Shown here: piece by piece, positions 1 to 12,739 of the stretch
How the letters are laid out: each line of letters begins with the position of its first letter
Numbering within the stretch: position 1 is the stretch's first letter
NCBI RefSeq assembly: GCF_036971445.1
Contig: NC_091476.1
Span: 159,464,001 to 159,528,000 of the forward strand
Direction: 5' to 3'
Source of the DNA: Narcine bancroftii
Taxonomy: Eukaryota
Length of the DNA: 64,000 nucleotides
The notes under the pieces: model-generated
Seen by the model: the letters and a program-made list of their open reading frames with translations, nothing else
The model's database searches: none
Told to the model about the DNA's origin: nothing
Program-made: the position numbers and the translations under genes

Positions 1-261
1 TACCTAAATTAATAAATATTGATCAAACAAGTTTTGTAAGAAAAAAGACAATCAGCAGACAATATGGCTAAACTAATTAGTATTATATACTTCACCAAAA
101 AAAGAAAAGATTTAAGTGCTGCAGTAGCTTTAGATGCAGAAAAGCATTCAATGGATTGGTGTGAGACTTCTTAAGGTCTTGGATATGGTCATATTTTTAT
201 AAGGCACTTTATAATGACCCAAAAGCTAAAGTGGTGACTAATGGACAAATATCTGCCCCAT

Positions 262-492
262 TTTGGCGGGCAGCAACCTCCTTTGAAGAAGACCGCAGAG
301 CCCACCTCACTGACAAAAGGCAAAGGAGGAAAAACCCAACACCCAACCCCAACCAACCAATTTTCCCCTGCAGCCGCTGCAACCGTGTCTGCCTGTCCCA
401 CATCGGACTTGTCAGCCACAAATGAACCTGCAGCTGACGTGGACTTTTACCCCCTCCATAAATCTTCGTCCGCGAAGCCAAGCCAAAGAAGA
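262..492 (+). mobile_element. 5'-truncated RTE-clade LINE (3' end)
   Basis: Nearly identical to 31428-31656; encodes WRAATSFEEDRR...FPCSRCNRVCLSHIGLVSH (C-terminal C2H2 finger); tail AAGCCAAAGAAGA. Confidence 0.9.
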
Positions 493-1301
493 GATCCACT
501 AACAGAGGTAATTAGAAGGGATTTGGAAATTAATGGGTTTAAGGTTAGTCAGGAAGTGCATAAAATTATCTTATATGCAGATGTTCTAATATATATGATA
601 GAATCCGAGACTTCCTTACAACATTTATATTTTAGTAGGATTTCTGGTTACAAAATAAATTGAGATAAAAGTGAAATTATGTCCCTTACAGAAGGAGATT
701 GTCAAAGAAATACTCAAATGGTCAAAAGATGGGATTAAATATCTAAGGATTTATGTAGATAATAATTTTAAATATTTATATAAATTGAATTCTTTTCCAT
801 TACTCAAAAAGATTGATTTTTAAAAATGGATGATTTTACCTACAATGTTAGTAGGAAGGGTTAATTTGTTAAGATTAATATATTCCCAAGGATACAATAC
901 CTTTTTTCAAACCTTGCCTATATTATTACCACAAGTTTTTTTCAAGAATTAAACAAACACGTGAGGAAATATCTTTTGGAAAGATAAAGTGTCAAGAGAT
1001 TCTATAGAAAGATTAATGTGCAAATATGAATTGGGAGGTCCACAGATTCTTAAATTTAAGAATTATTAAGCAGCTCAAATGAGATTTCTCACTTGTTTTT
1101 GAAGAAGCAGAAAAATCAGCATGGATTAAAATGGAATTGGATAAAATAGGAGAGAGATTAGCAGAGGAATTTATATACAAGTGGGATTCAAAAGGAAATA
1201 CCATTGTTGAAACATTTGATTACCTCTTGGAACAAGATAAGTAACAAAATTAGAATAAAAGCAAGTACATCACCCACAATGTCTCTGATTCCACATAATC
1301 T

Positions 1302-4300
1302 TGTAGCTAGCTGCTACAAGCTATGGCTCTGCATAACCTTTAACGCAAGAAAAGTTATAGCTCTCTGCAGGTTGATTCAGAAAAAACAACACAAGCCCCA
1401 ATTGAGTGTAGTTAAGACCAAGCTTTATTGGGCTCACAGCCCTGCTTTTATTCTCAAGCTGAGGGGCGTGGTCAAAACCCCCTCAACACTGATTGGTGAT
1501 TTGTGATCCACTTTCCTTGATAGGCCAGTTAGGCTCCTTTTGCTGTGGCCAATTGGAGGGCAGCGCTGCAGGCCTCGTGCAGCCTGCTGGATCATCGTGT
1601 TCATCCTTTATTTTGTGAGGCACTCCAAGGGGGCAATGAGGGGCTGCCACATGACCTCACCCCCCCCCAGAACTGGTGATCAGAATGTTGTTATTGTTGG
1701 GAGGCCAGCCTCTTTTGCTGGGGGCAGGGTTGTCAATTGGCTGTGTAATGTCCAAATAGGCTGGTTTCAAATTGTCAATTGTAAAAGTCTCCTCTCAGCC
1801 TCTGATGTTAATTACACAAGTTGAACCATTGTGTCGGATGACCCGGTATGCCCCCTCATAGCATCTCCACATTTGAAAATCTTTGGGAACAAACGTGTGC
1901 TGTTGGCCATGGGCTTTGGGTGATAAAGGGGCCAAGGTTCCCAACTGCTCATGGAGGCATGCTAGAGCTTCCCTGCGTGGTTCTTTGGTTTCCCTGTTAG
2001 TGGCCAGGAATTTGCTAGGGATGACTAATGGCACTCCGTACACCATTTCAGCGGATGAGACTTCCAAATCCTCTTTCGGCACAGTTCGGATGCCTAAGAT
2101 GACCCAGGGTAACTCATCAACCCAGTTGGGCCCAGTGAGACGGGCTATTAGGGCTGCTTTTAGGTACCTGTGGAACCTTTATACTACCCCATTCGCCTGG
2201 GGATGGTATGCTCTAGTGTGGTGTAGCTGTGTCCCAATTGCTGTTGCTAGGCTGTCCAAAGACTGGAGGTGACTTGGCTCCCTGGTACAAGGTAAGGTGC
2301 TCAGGGACCCCGAAACATACCACCCAAAAGTTGAGGAGTGCCCTTGCACATGTTTCGGTAGATATTTCAGCTAGGGAAACAGCTTCCGGCCATCTGGTAG
2401 ACCTGTCTACCATAGTGAGTAGGTAACGAGCACCTCTGGAGATAGGTAAGAGGAGCACTATATCAATGTGAACATGGCTAAACCTGGGCCACGGAGGTTC
2501 AAATGTTTGGAGTGGAGCTTTAATGTGTCTCTGGACTTTCGAAGTTTTGCTCTGGCCCAATTAGTGACCTGTTTATGAAGGCTGTGCCAGACATAACGGT
2601 TGGCCACCATCTTGACCATGGTCTTGATGGCAGGATGGGCTAAATTGTGTATGGATTCAAATATTTACCTCCTCCATGTGGTGGGGATAATGGGACGGGG
2701 CTTACTGGTTGAGGTGTCACAGAGTTGTATTCCCTGTACCAAAGGGAATGTACTCGATACAGAAGCTGGTCATAGCCATTCTGTAGGTTGAGATGTTGGG
2801 ATCAGAATGTTGTGCCTCAGCCAGGGCCTTGTATTTGATGCCTGTAGAGGTGGCGTGGACAGCCAATATATTTGGGCATGACAGCATATCTGCCACGACA
2901 TTTGCCTTGCCAGCAATATGTTCAATGTCCATGGTAAATTCTGAGACATAAGAAAGATGATGTTGTTGTCTAGGTGACCAAGGGTCTGAGACCTTCCTGA
3001 AAGCATAAGTTAGTGGTTTTTGGTCAGTAAACACTTTGAATTTCCTTCCTTCTAGGAAGTAATGAAAATGTCTTGTGGCCAGGTAAAGCAGCAGCAGTTC
3101 TCTGTCAAATGCGCTGTATTTTAGTTCAGGTAGCTGCAGGTGTCTACTGAAGAAGACTAGAGGTCTCCAGTGACCATCAGTTCAATGTTCCAATGCTCTT
3201 CCAACTGCTATATTGGAGGCATCAACCATGAGGGCTATGACTGCCTCTGGCATTTGCTAAAGCATCCTTAGCCTTTTGGAAAGCCTCTGAGGCTTCTGAA
3301 TTCCATTTGAGATCTTTTTAGGACATTAGAGAGAAAAGGGGCCACATGAAGTGAGCTGCTGCCGGTATGAATCTGTGGTAGAAATTAATCATCCAGGTAA
3401 ATTCCTGAAGGCCCTTAATGTTTGTAGGCTGTGGGAAAGATTTAATGGCTTCTACCTTCTCAGGTACTGGCCTAGTACTATACCTGTCAATGCAGTGGCC
3501 CAGAAAGTTGATTAACACTTTTCCAAACTCACACTGAGCTGGATTAATAGTTAGACCATACTCAATCAGTCTATTGCAGAGAAGTCTTATATGAGTGGCA
3601 TGTTCAGCCCAGTTTTACCCATGCTTGGGTGATGCAAATAATGGTGTCATAATAAAGGGAAATTCGGATGATTCGCACAAACCTGTCAGCCACTATCACC
3701 AAATGCAGGTGGGAGGTGACAGGTTCCTTCCTCTTTAGTTCAAGGGTCTGGAATGTTGTGGCATGCACTAATCTGCAGCCTTTGACATCCACCAGCAGTG
3801 ATTTGGCTCATTGGAAGTCCGTGCCAAGGAGTGGCTGTCAAACTGCTGCTAGGTTGAAGGTCCATTTAAAATGGCTGTTCCCAAAGCAGAGGGGGATCGT
3901 GCGAGTGCCATAAGTTCCTATGGCTGAATTGTTGGTGGCCTTTAGCTGCTGTTGTGCCATTGTGGACGCCAGTTGTGGTCGGGGGGAGCACGCTGATTTC
4001 CACCCTTGTGTCCACTAAGAAATGGTGGCCGGATGAGGAGTCTTGGACATGGAGGCTGTTAAGGTGGCCAGCCGATGCAGCCATTGACAAAGGCTGGCCT
4101 TTGGCGTTTCCCGGGAATGTGCAGAGGGAGAGCCATTGATGGGCCTCTGCACACCACCGCTGATAAAAATTACAGTATCGCCCACCATGGTGTCCATTGT
4201 CCTCGTGGCTGGTCGATTGGTTGGTTGCCAGTTGGGTCTTTGCTTTTGTTGCCTGCGAACTGTGCCTTGATTTGAGCTGCGCTGCTCAGAAGCTCGGCAG

Positions 4301-4720
4301 TTTCAATGACAGCATATTGGGTCCAGAGTGCCGTCTGGACCATCAAGGTCACCACTGTAGCTAGCTGATACAGGCTATGGCTCTGCGGTGCCTATAGCAC
4401 TGGAGAGGTTATAGCTGTATGGTGATTAACTCAGAAAGAACCCGCTGTTCCCAGAAAGAATGACACGAACCCCAGATGAGTGTAGATAACATTGATCTTT
4501 ATTGGGCTCACAGCTCTGCTTTTATTCTCAAGCTGAGGGGCGTGGTCAAAACCCCCTCAGCTCTGATTTGCGATCCGCTTTCCTTGATAGGCCAGTTAGG
4601 CTTCTTTAGTTGTGGCCAATTGGTGGATAGCACTGCGGGGCTTGTGCAGCCTGCTGGATTGTCATGTTCATCCTTCATTTTGTGAGGCATCCCCCGAGGG
4701 GGCTGCAAGGGGCCATCACA
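1302..4720 (-). mobile_element. Gypsy LTR retrotransposon 1, internally deleted
   Basis: Paired LTRs 1302-1651 and 4356-4720 (TG...CA); 4-bp TSD ATCT (1298-1301, 4721-4724); PBS-like TGGTGACC next to the 5' LTR; G-run PPT at ~1660-1668. Minus-strand remnants of protease (FLVDT), RNase H (FTDQKPL) and integrase (HVHIDIV...LTMVDRSTRWPEA). Confidence 0.95.
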
Positions 4721-6550
4721 ATCTACCGTTTTGAAAGGATAATCAATTTTTAACTATTTAGTTTCATAAAGACATTAAAAATATTGAAGATTGTTATGAA
4801 CAATATGGAATAACTAATAATGTTTGCTTTTGTTATTTTCAATTGAGAGGATATTTAAGGTAGAAGTTATGTCAAACGATGCTCTTACCTACCTGTAATG
4901 AGGTGGAGGTTCTTATTAGGAAGGGAAATACTAAGAAATTTACTTCTGCCTTGTAAATGTTATTACAAACAGGAACTACTAAATGTGGAGTCCATAAATC
5001 TAGACAGAGTTGGGAGCTGGATTTGAATATTACAATTGATGAACAAAAAGGTGGTCAAATCTATGTTGAAATGGTATGACAAATACTATTAATGTAAGGT
5101 ATAGATTAGTTCAATATAATTTTTACATCATCTGTATTTGGCACCACAAAATTTTAATAGAATAAAATCAGATTGATTATATCAATATTTTAGCTGTGGT
5201 GAAGAGACAGGAACTATTTTCATTCAACTTGGTCATGTCCCAAGGTCAAATCTTTTTGGGTGGATTTAGGGATTCTTTTTAGAACAAGTTACAGGCATTG
5301 TATTTCCACAAAACTTAGATTTATTTCCATTGGGAAATATAGAAGGAACAAGGCATAAGTTGAAACAATCAATATACCCATTGAGATTTGTTAAAATAAC
5401 ATTAGTGGTGGCAAGGAAGTGTATTGTAGTGACCTGGAAGTCAGATTCTTTGGGGGAGTGGGGGGTTTAGGGTGGGAGGCAACCATCATGTAATGATTGA
5501 AATTCTCTTAAATTTACATTCTTATTGTTTTATATAATTGTTTATTAATTACATGTATGGAAGAAAATTTTAATAAAATATTCACAAAAGTAATTTTATC
5601 TCTGGATATTAATTCAGCTCCCCATTCCTATCCCTGCATTGTTCCTCTCACCAACCTCTGCAAGCTAGTTCTTCAACAATGTCACATCAGCTCTTTCTGT
5701 TTAAACAAAAATATTCATAAATCAATAATATAAACACAGCAGGTAAACAAAAAAACATTAGATGCACAGATAATTCCAACCACTTGGTACTTTCAAAAAA
5801 GAGCCCTGACAAGTTGACCTCCTTTCCAAAAAAAAATTAAAATAGCAAAATCTGTATTTCAAATGAGGGATTGTTGACAAAGCTTCTGAGTAATCATTTA
5901 TCAATTTGAATCTTCCTTATTTCTCTGTGGCAGCTTGTGCTGATCAATACTTATTATCTCCTTAGAAACTGCTGAGGAAGCCATGATTTTTAACCAGTTT
6001 GAAACACAAGAATAATTTGAAACACAAGAATGTTTGCTCTTTTATAACCCAGGAAATCCATAGAAAGAAAGCTTGGGAATGAGAAACAAATGAACTGGAA
6101 TTATCTGGCAAGGGAATCACCGAAGGCTGTCATCTCACCAGTCATGTTCCCTTTTTACAAGTTGTGTTGTGTTCTATCACTAAACTCTCAATCTGACAGA
6201 ACTTCCAACTCAACCACATCATAAATTTAAGAGACCTAAGATAGATGTAAAAATAACATTGATCCTACCTAATCTGTATGCAAACTAATATATAATTTAT
6301 CAGAATTAACAAGTCTCAAGCAAGACTGCAAATTAGAATGTTTCCCCAGAGTGCTGGATATGTGAAATAGACTTTCAGTGAGAGCAGACAGCAGTGGGTT
6401 GATAAACTAAATCAGACAGTGCACATTACAAAGGTCAAGCATTTGGCCAAAAAGCACTTTATTTTCCTTCCAAATCCACTCAATCTGCTCAGGATTTTCT
6501 GCTTAAATTAATGGGAAAAAGAAGAAACTGAAAGAATTGTCAATGGTCTA

Positions 6551-6720
6551 NNNNNNNNNNNNNNNNNNNNNNNNNNNNNNNNNNNNNNNNNNNNNNNNNN
6601 NNNNNNNNNNNNNNNNNNNNNNNNNNNNNNNNNNNNNNNNNNNNNNNNNNNNNNNNNNNNNNNNNNNNNNNNNNNNNNNNNNNNNNNNNNNNNNNNNNNN
6701 NNNNNNNNNNNNNNNNNNNN
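6551..6720. other. Assembly gap
   Basis: Run of N. Confidence 1.
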
Positions 6721-6972
6721 AATTGCTAGCCAGTCTCCAGTGAACTGTGGTGGAAGTGTACTCGGGCATCAGTTAAGGACAGAGATAGGCCAAATTACCT
6801 GCCAAAAAACTCTGAAGACAGGCCATTTGGGTGATGTGTTTGGGACTAATCACTGACATGTTACAAGGAGAAACAAATTGACTAGAAATAGAAACGTTCA
6901 CATCAGACAGTTTGCCCAAATTAAGTTGCAGGTAACTTTTTGTCACGGAAATCTCCAATTTCAGTTGTTCAT

Positions 6973-7006
6973 ATCTTCGTCCGCGAAGTCAAGCCAAAGA
7001 AAAAGA
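6973..7006 (+). mobile_element. Extremely truncated RTE 3' tail
   Basis: ATCTTCGTCCGCGAAGTCAAGCCAAAGAAAAAGA matches the terminal ~35 nt of the RTE copies ending at 492 and 31656. Confidence 0.8.
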
Positions 7007-7178
7007 TGAAATCATATTATCTTACATTACAGTAAATATCCAACATCATTCTGCAGGGTATCAGTGACATGCCTTCTGTTGGTAATCTTCAATTACCTGC
7101 TCAGATTCAATGATGGATCCTGAGGTGACTGAATAATCCCATCCCAGAGCCACAGGTCTATCTGCTGAAAGAAATTAC

Positions 7179-7244
7179 CATGTGGAAGACACAGTAATTT
7201 TTCCAGGTTTCTTTCCTTCTCCTTTCCACGCTCCCTCTGGTTGG
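7179..7244 (-). other. Candidate 66-nt exon of an unidentified host gene
   Basis: Minus strand: pyrimidine-rich upstream sequence and cttgctcttgcag| acceptor, ATG|gtaatt donor, purine-rich body, length divisible by 3, all three frames open. No homology recognised. Confidence 0.25.
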
Positions 7245-7789
7245 CTGCAAGAGCAAGTTGCTTTCACCGAAAAAGGAAAGATGAAAATTGACAAACAATT
7301 GCTCGCAATATGATCCTACTGCTGAAATACAGATTTTACACACGTCATGTCAAAGGGAAATCAGTTTGTCAGGACTCCTTGCGTAAGAACGTTATGGTGA
7401 AAATGGCTGTTCCTTTTGTGTTTTATAGACAAAGAAAACTGTGGTGTGTGAGCCAGTTTTGAAGACCTACTAAGTTGGAAATAAAACAGTCCTTAGAACA
7501 TACCAGGAGCTTTGGAATACTTGGTTACAGTACAATGTCAATTTCTACTTGCACTTAGGTCACTATGATGTCATTGTGTCACACAGAGATGATGTTTTGC
7601 ACATTTACATTCAGATTCGTTGCTTTGCTTTCTATCCTTGAAGGAGTGTTTCTCATTTATACAGCAATTACAGGTTCATTCCCTGACTGGCTTTCTTAAT
7701 AACTTGGGATTTCTTAATGGTGCTCAATATGACATCCTGACCCAACTGATAACTTGTATCTCCTCTTCATTACTTGAATATAAACCTGT

Positions 7790-8970
7790 GTTTGGAAGAC
7801 ATTAATGATGAAATATTTCTCAGTTGTGATGCTATGGTAAAGTTGTATAAGACATTGGTGAAGGCAAATTTGGAGTATTGTGTGCTGCTTTGGTCACCTA
7901 ACTACGGGAAACACAGCAATAAGATTGAAAGAGTGAAATCTTTACTGGGATGTTGCTGGGGCTTCAGGAACTGAGTTGCAGAGAAAAGTTTGGCCCATTC
8001 ATAGATTACTATCATAATTAGAAGATTTAAGGAGTTTGGATGCTCCGAAGATTCACTATCCAGTATCTGAAGGTCGCTATTCGATCCGTATTTTCACAAT
8101 TTTTACGTATACATTCATTAGAGGGAGGGGTTAGATTAGTTTTAAGTATTTTTTGTGTTTATATTTCTTTTTTTTTAAGATTAACTTGTTGAACATGGGT
8201 TTAAATATAGTTATCATGGATCATATCATTAATTAAGACAGAATTTACCCTTTCTTTAGATAAAGGGATTGTTTAATTTAGTAATTTAATTTATATGCAG
8301 AACTATAATGGATTATATTATGAGAAAGGGATAAATGGTTAATTACCATTTGATAGAATTTGATGTTTTAAATAAATATTGTTAAATAAACGATTATCGA
8401 TAGGTTTTTGATTTATATTTAAATTATGATATGCTTATGTGATATATTAGATGACTTTTCATGTAGGATTTATATATCAAACTCAATAAAAATATTTTTA
8501 AAAGAAAAAGAAAAGGGAAAGGTTACACAGGTTAGGACTTTTTTTTTCCTGAAGCATGGAGGAATGTGGGGAGATTTGATGGAGGTTGAGGGGCGATTTG
8601 ATGGAGGTATAGATATGAGGGGTATGGATAATTATGAGGGGTATAGATAAAGTAAATGCAAGTAGGCTTTTTCCACTGAAGTTGGGTGAGATACAAACCA
8701 GAGGACATGTGTTAAGGGTGAATAGGGAAAAGTTTAGGGGAAACATTAGGGGGAACTTGACACAAAGAATAGTGGGTGTGTGGAATGCGATGCCAGCTGA
8801 AGTGGTGAATGCGGACTCAATTCTCACATTTAAGAAAACTTTGGACAGGTATATGGATGGGAGGGGTATAGGGACTGGGTGCAGGTCAGTGGTATGAGGC
8901 CGAATAATATTTCAGCACAAACTAGAGGGGCCGAAGGGCTTGATTTCTGTGCTGCAATGTCCTATAGTTC
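7790..8970 (+). mobile_element. CR1 LINE 3' region interrupted by an unrelated AT-rich LINE 3' end (~7990-8515)
   Basis: LYKTLV...LEYCV.LWSP and MRGIDKV...TRGH.LRV...TQRIVGVWNAMPAEVV are CR1 ORF2 C-terminal motifs; 3' tail resembles GGGCCGAAGGGC..G.TTCTGTGCTG. Confidence 0.88.
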
Positions 8971-9639
8971 AATGTGATCCATTTGTTGCAATTATGTGAT
9001 CAATGTGGAAACTGCTAACTGATTGGTACAAGAGCTCCTTTACTCCTGCAGACATGGCTCTCTCATCAATATTGATTTCTACAGGTTGCACTTCTTCGTT
9101 AGCCTCTGTTCTCTCACGTTCTCTTGTCTGAAATGTGCTCGTTTGCTTCTTCATAATTAATTTGTAAGATATGAATTGTAATTTTATTTTTGCTTCTATT
9201 CCTGTCTCTCCACACACTCCTCCAATCTGAACCACAAATAAGTTCAGAGTATATGATACACCTACAGCTTTGCTGTGATGTGTCCTGAGGTGAAAATGCA
9301 CTGTTGCCTAATAAAGAAACAAACAATTGCTTGGCTGAAAGATGATTCATGTCAAACTCAGGCAACCTTGGGAAATTGTCTCTTCAAGACTTTCTTGAGA
9401 AAACATGCAGAGATTTCCATTCAGTCCTTAGAAATGGATGCCAAGATAGAATTAATGATATCATTCTGATTTATCATTTTTTTTAAAAATGGAGTTCTGT
9501 TGACTGAGGACTGTGATCTGACTCCAACTCTTCAAGAACAGCATAGATTACAAAATCCAATATCAGTTCCTCAACATTATTCTGGTGTGTACATTCCTAT
9601 ATATTTAAGAATCAATAAGAACTTGAATGTTGTCATTGT

Positions 9640-10905
9640 ATTTCTTTCTTTTAAATATTTTATTTAAAATGTTTAACCATACATGCATTCAATTATATTT
9701 CAAAATACAGGTGTAATAATGTATTTAGTATCAAATACATGATGATAAATACCCCCACCCCCCTTACAGTCCCAAGAAAAAAACGAAAATAAAGTATAGA
9801 ATTAAATGTTGAGAAAGAAAAGAAAGAATAAGAATGAGAAGGAGGATGGACTAAAGTTCACATCTATTTCATCATTAATGGGTTACATGCAGGTCTTAAA
9901 GACTAAGAAGAACTTTTAGAAATCTAAAATAATTAAAAGTTTAATCCTAATTTTTGTAGATATAGATGCCAAATTTGTAAGAATATATCATAACTTTTTC
10001 TTAAATTATATGTAAATTTTCTCAAGGGGAACACAACTTTGCCTTTCTGCACTCCATCATTTCAAACTTGTTTGTGCATCAGATTTCCAAGTAACTGCAA
10101 AACATTTTCTGGCCTCTGCTTAATGCAATTTTAACAAATTCTATCTGGTATTTAGTTAATTTCAATTTAGGTCTTATCCCTATAATATTACCTAATAAAA
10201 TAATTCTGGATTTTGTGGAAATTAGACTCCTGTAATTTGTTATTAAAAAACTTTCTCATTCCAGCCAGAGACCATGTTGAATGTAAAAAAAGTTCCCAAC
10301 TTTTTGCCACATCTAAAACACTGATCTGATAAATCTGATTTCGATTTATTTAATTTTTGTAGTGTGAGGTATAACTGATGTAAAAAATTATGTTGTACCA
10401 GTCTATATCTTACATTTATTGCATTAGTCATACAGTATTGACATAAATCAGCCCAATTCTTCACACCTATTATCACATTGAATCCCATCTTTTTCTAGAT
10501 TTATGAATCCCCAGTTTAGGGGTCCCATTTGAAGTAAATGATAAATTACTGAAATAGATTTATTTATATTTCCCTTTCTTATTAGAATCTCTATATCACT
10601 ATACATTGTGGGACCCAGTTTATCCATTAAATATGCTCTGAATTTGAAAATAGCAAAATATCATATCATTAAGAATACCATATTTATCCTTAAGCTGTTG
10701 AAATGACATCAATTGCCCTTGCTCAATGTATCTGGACCCTTTACGAGACTATATTTCAAGGTATAAGTCTGTTATGAGAGTCAAAGGAGTTTTAAGAGCT
10801 AAATGGCTCTTTATTCCAATTTCTGGATTTGTAATTATGCTAAGTTTTAATTCTTCTGCTGTGCTCACTCCTATGCATTTTAGAGTCAATAAAAGCTGGA
10901 ATATT
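9640..10905 (-). mobile_element. L1-clade LINE 3' fragment
   Basis: Minus ORF 10243-10488 (INVRYRLVQHNFLHQLYLT...CFRCG) is the L1 C-terminal Cys-rich region; similar to 5040-5450. Confidence 0.88.
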
Positions 10906-11200
10906 GTCATTGTATTTCTGATGAAAATTGATATGGGCTTCTCTGAAATGGTCTTGTTGGCAGTCTTCTGCTGGTGGCAGAGGTATCACTTGTGGTTTCA
11001 TTTGCCCTGCTTGGTAAACAGTGCAAATTGGCAATAAATCCTCCAGATCTTTGTCAATACCTGGTCAATATGTGAAGCTTCTGGAAGTAGCCTTGTGTTT
11101 ACAGTTCTGGCAGAGATCATTCATCCAAGAGTCTCAGGACTTTTGGATTTACTATTCTACACCTCTATGGTCTCTAATCATCAGCGAAAAAGTCAAATCT
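10905..11200 (-). mobile_element. Old Gypsy integrase zinc-binding fragment
   Basis: Minus strand reads RSFTY*PGIDKDLEDLLPICTVYQ, resembling the integrase consensus RS.VWWPGID.DIE.LV..C..CQ. Confidence 0.6.
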
Positions 11201-11689
11201 TCCAGGGCGAGTTGCTCATCCAAATTTGAACATTTTAGAGGGTCTGCGGACATGCTTCAGAAGTGTGCTTTGCTCTGTTAAGTCAGCAAATTTCTGCAAA
11301 CTTGATGGGATAGTCATCATCCAGAGGTTGTAGGGAAAAAATGGCATTCTTTCTACCGACCTCAGAACCTGTTAGTTTGTATGAGCAAGGAAACAGTTGA
11401 AAAAAGAAAATGAGTAAATATGGTTCATGTTTTCAGTGTCTAACTGCAATTGAAATGCCCTGAAGGGCTTGCACACAGCATTTCATATTTATTCTATCAT
11501 TCGTGCTCATTATTTGGAAACTTACCTTCCTGTCCTGGTGGGCTGTAGCCCTACTCTGTTGGCTATTATTTTATCTGCGATCATTTTGAAGCTTTATGAA
11601 ATCAGATGCGGCATTATCCAACCTATTGTAAATTCCTCAATAACAAATTAGGCAGCAGTTTAATATAATTTCAAGGGATTGGTCTGAAT

Positions 11690-12690
11690 TTAACACAGAA
11701 ATGCTGGAGGAACTCAGCCAGTCTCGCAGCGTCCACAGGATGCAAATATATATTACTGACATTTCAGGCCTGAGCCCTTCCTCAAGGTGTGAGCAAAAAG
11801 CAGACAGCGGCCTATATTAAAAAGGCTGATGAAAAGGGAAGTATGAGAGGGGAAAGAGAATCTCCCAACCCACCAATCACCCCTTGGCATCTCCCCTGTG
11901 ACCCCAGGAAACACTTCACTTGCGCCCACACCTCCTCCTTCACGACTATTTGGGGCCCTAAGCAGTCCTTCCAAGGGAAGCAACGCTTCACTTGTGAATC
12001 TGCAGGGGTCACCTGGTGCTGCTGTGGTGGTCTCCTCTGCATCAGAGAGATGGATGCAGACTGGGAGATTACTTCCTTCAGCACCTTGGCTCTGTCTGCT
12101 GCAATAGTGTAGATCTTCCACTGGAAACTCATTTCAATTCCCCACCCAATTCCCTTGCCGACATGCCTGTCCATGGTCTCATGCACTGCCAGATGGAGAC
12201 CACCTGCAAATTGGAGGATCAACTGCTCATATTCCACCTGGCACCCTCCAAATGGATGGCATTAACATCACTTTCTCTGGTCTCCGTTAGCACCCACCCC
12301 CCACACCCATCTTTCCCTATTTCTCCTTTCTGATAGCTCTGTCTCTGTCTCTCTCTTTCTCTTTTCCCTTTCCCCTTTCTTCTTTCACAGAGTCAAAAAC
12401 TACCCTCCTCCCCAAATCGATTTTCATCTTTCCTCTCTCCTGTCCTCTTATCATATCCAATTAACACCATTTTTCTGTAGGTCTGTACTCCCCCACCCCC
12501 ATTTTTCCCTTTTCACCAGCCTTTTTAATATGGGCCCCTTTCCCCTTTTTTGCTCACTCCTGATGAAAAGTCAGGCCTGAAATGTCACTGATATATCCTT
12601 ACCTGCTATGGACGTTATGAGACCTGCTGGGTACCTCCAGAAATTCTGGGTTTTTACCACAATCACAGCATCTGCAGACTTTTGTGCTTT
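11690..12690 (+). mobile_element. Penelope-like element: GIY-YIG remnant flanked by inverted terminal copies
   Basis: GPKQSFQGKQRFTCESAGV...KLEDQLLIFHL is a Penelope-type GIY-YIG endonuclease remnant; 11690-11850 is a diverged reverse complement of ~12500-12660. Confidence 0.85.
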
Positions 12691-12739
12691 ACTGCATTAG
12701 ACTGGGTTTTTATGTACAGGCTGCTCTGTTTTTATTTCA

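Larger units (their letters stand above)
1..5590 (+). mobile_element. Decayed L1-clade LINE (ORF2 RT domain to 3' UTR), interrupted by an RTE copy and a Gypsy element
   Basis: Peptide remnants LDAEKAF, VVTNGQIS, HKIILYAD, SGYKIN and IFPRIQY, collinear with the L1 at 43830-46070. The sequence resumes after 4720, with a G-rich 3' UTR and AATAAA near 5572. Many stops and frameshifts. Confidence 0.9.

Noticed and set aside
6537-6769. ORFs spanning X runs (also 47902-48129)
   Set aside because: Artefacts of N gaps.
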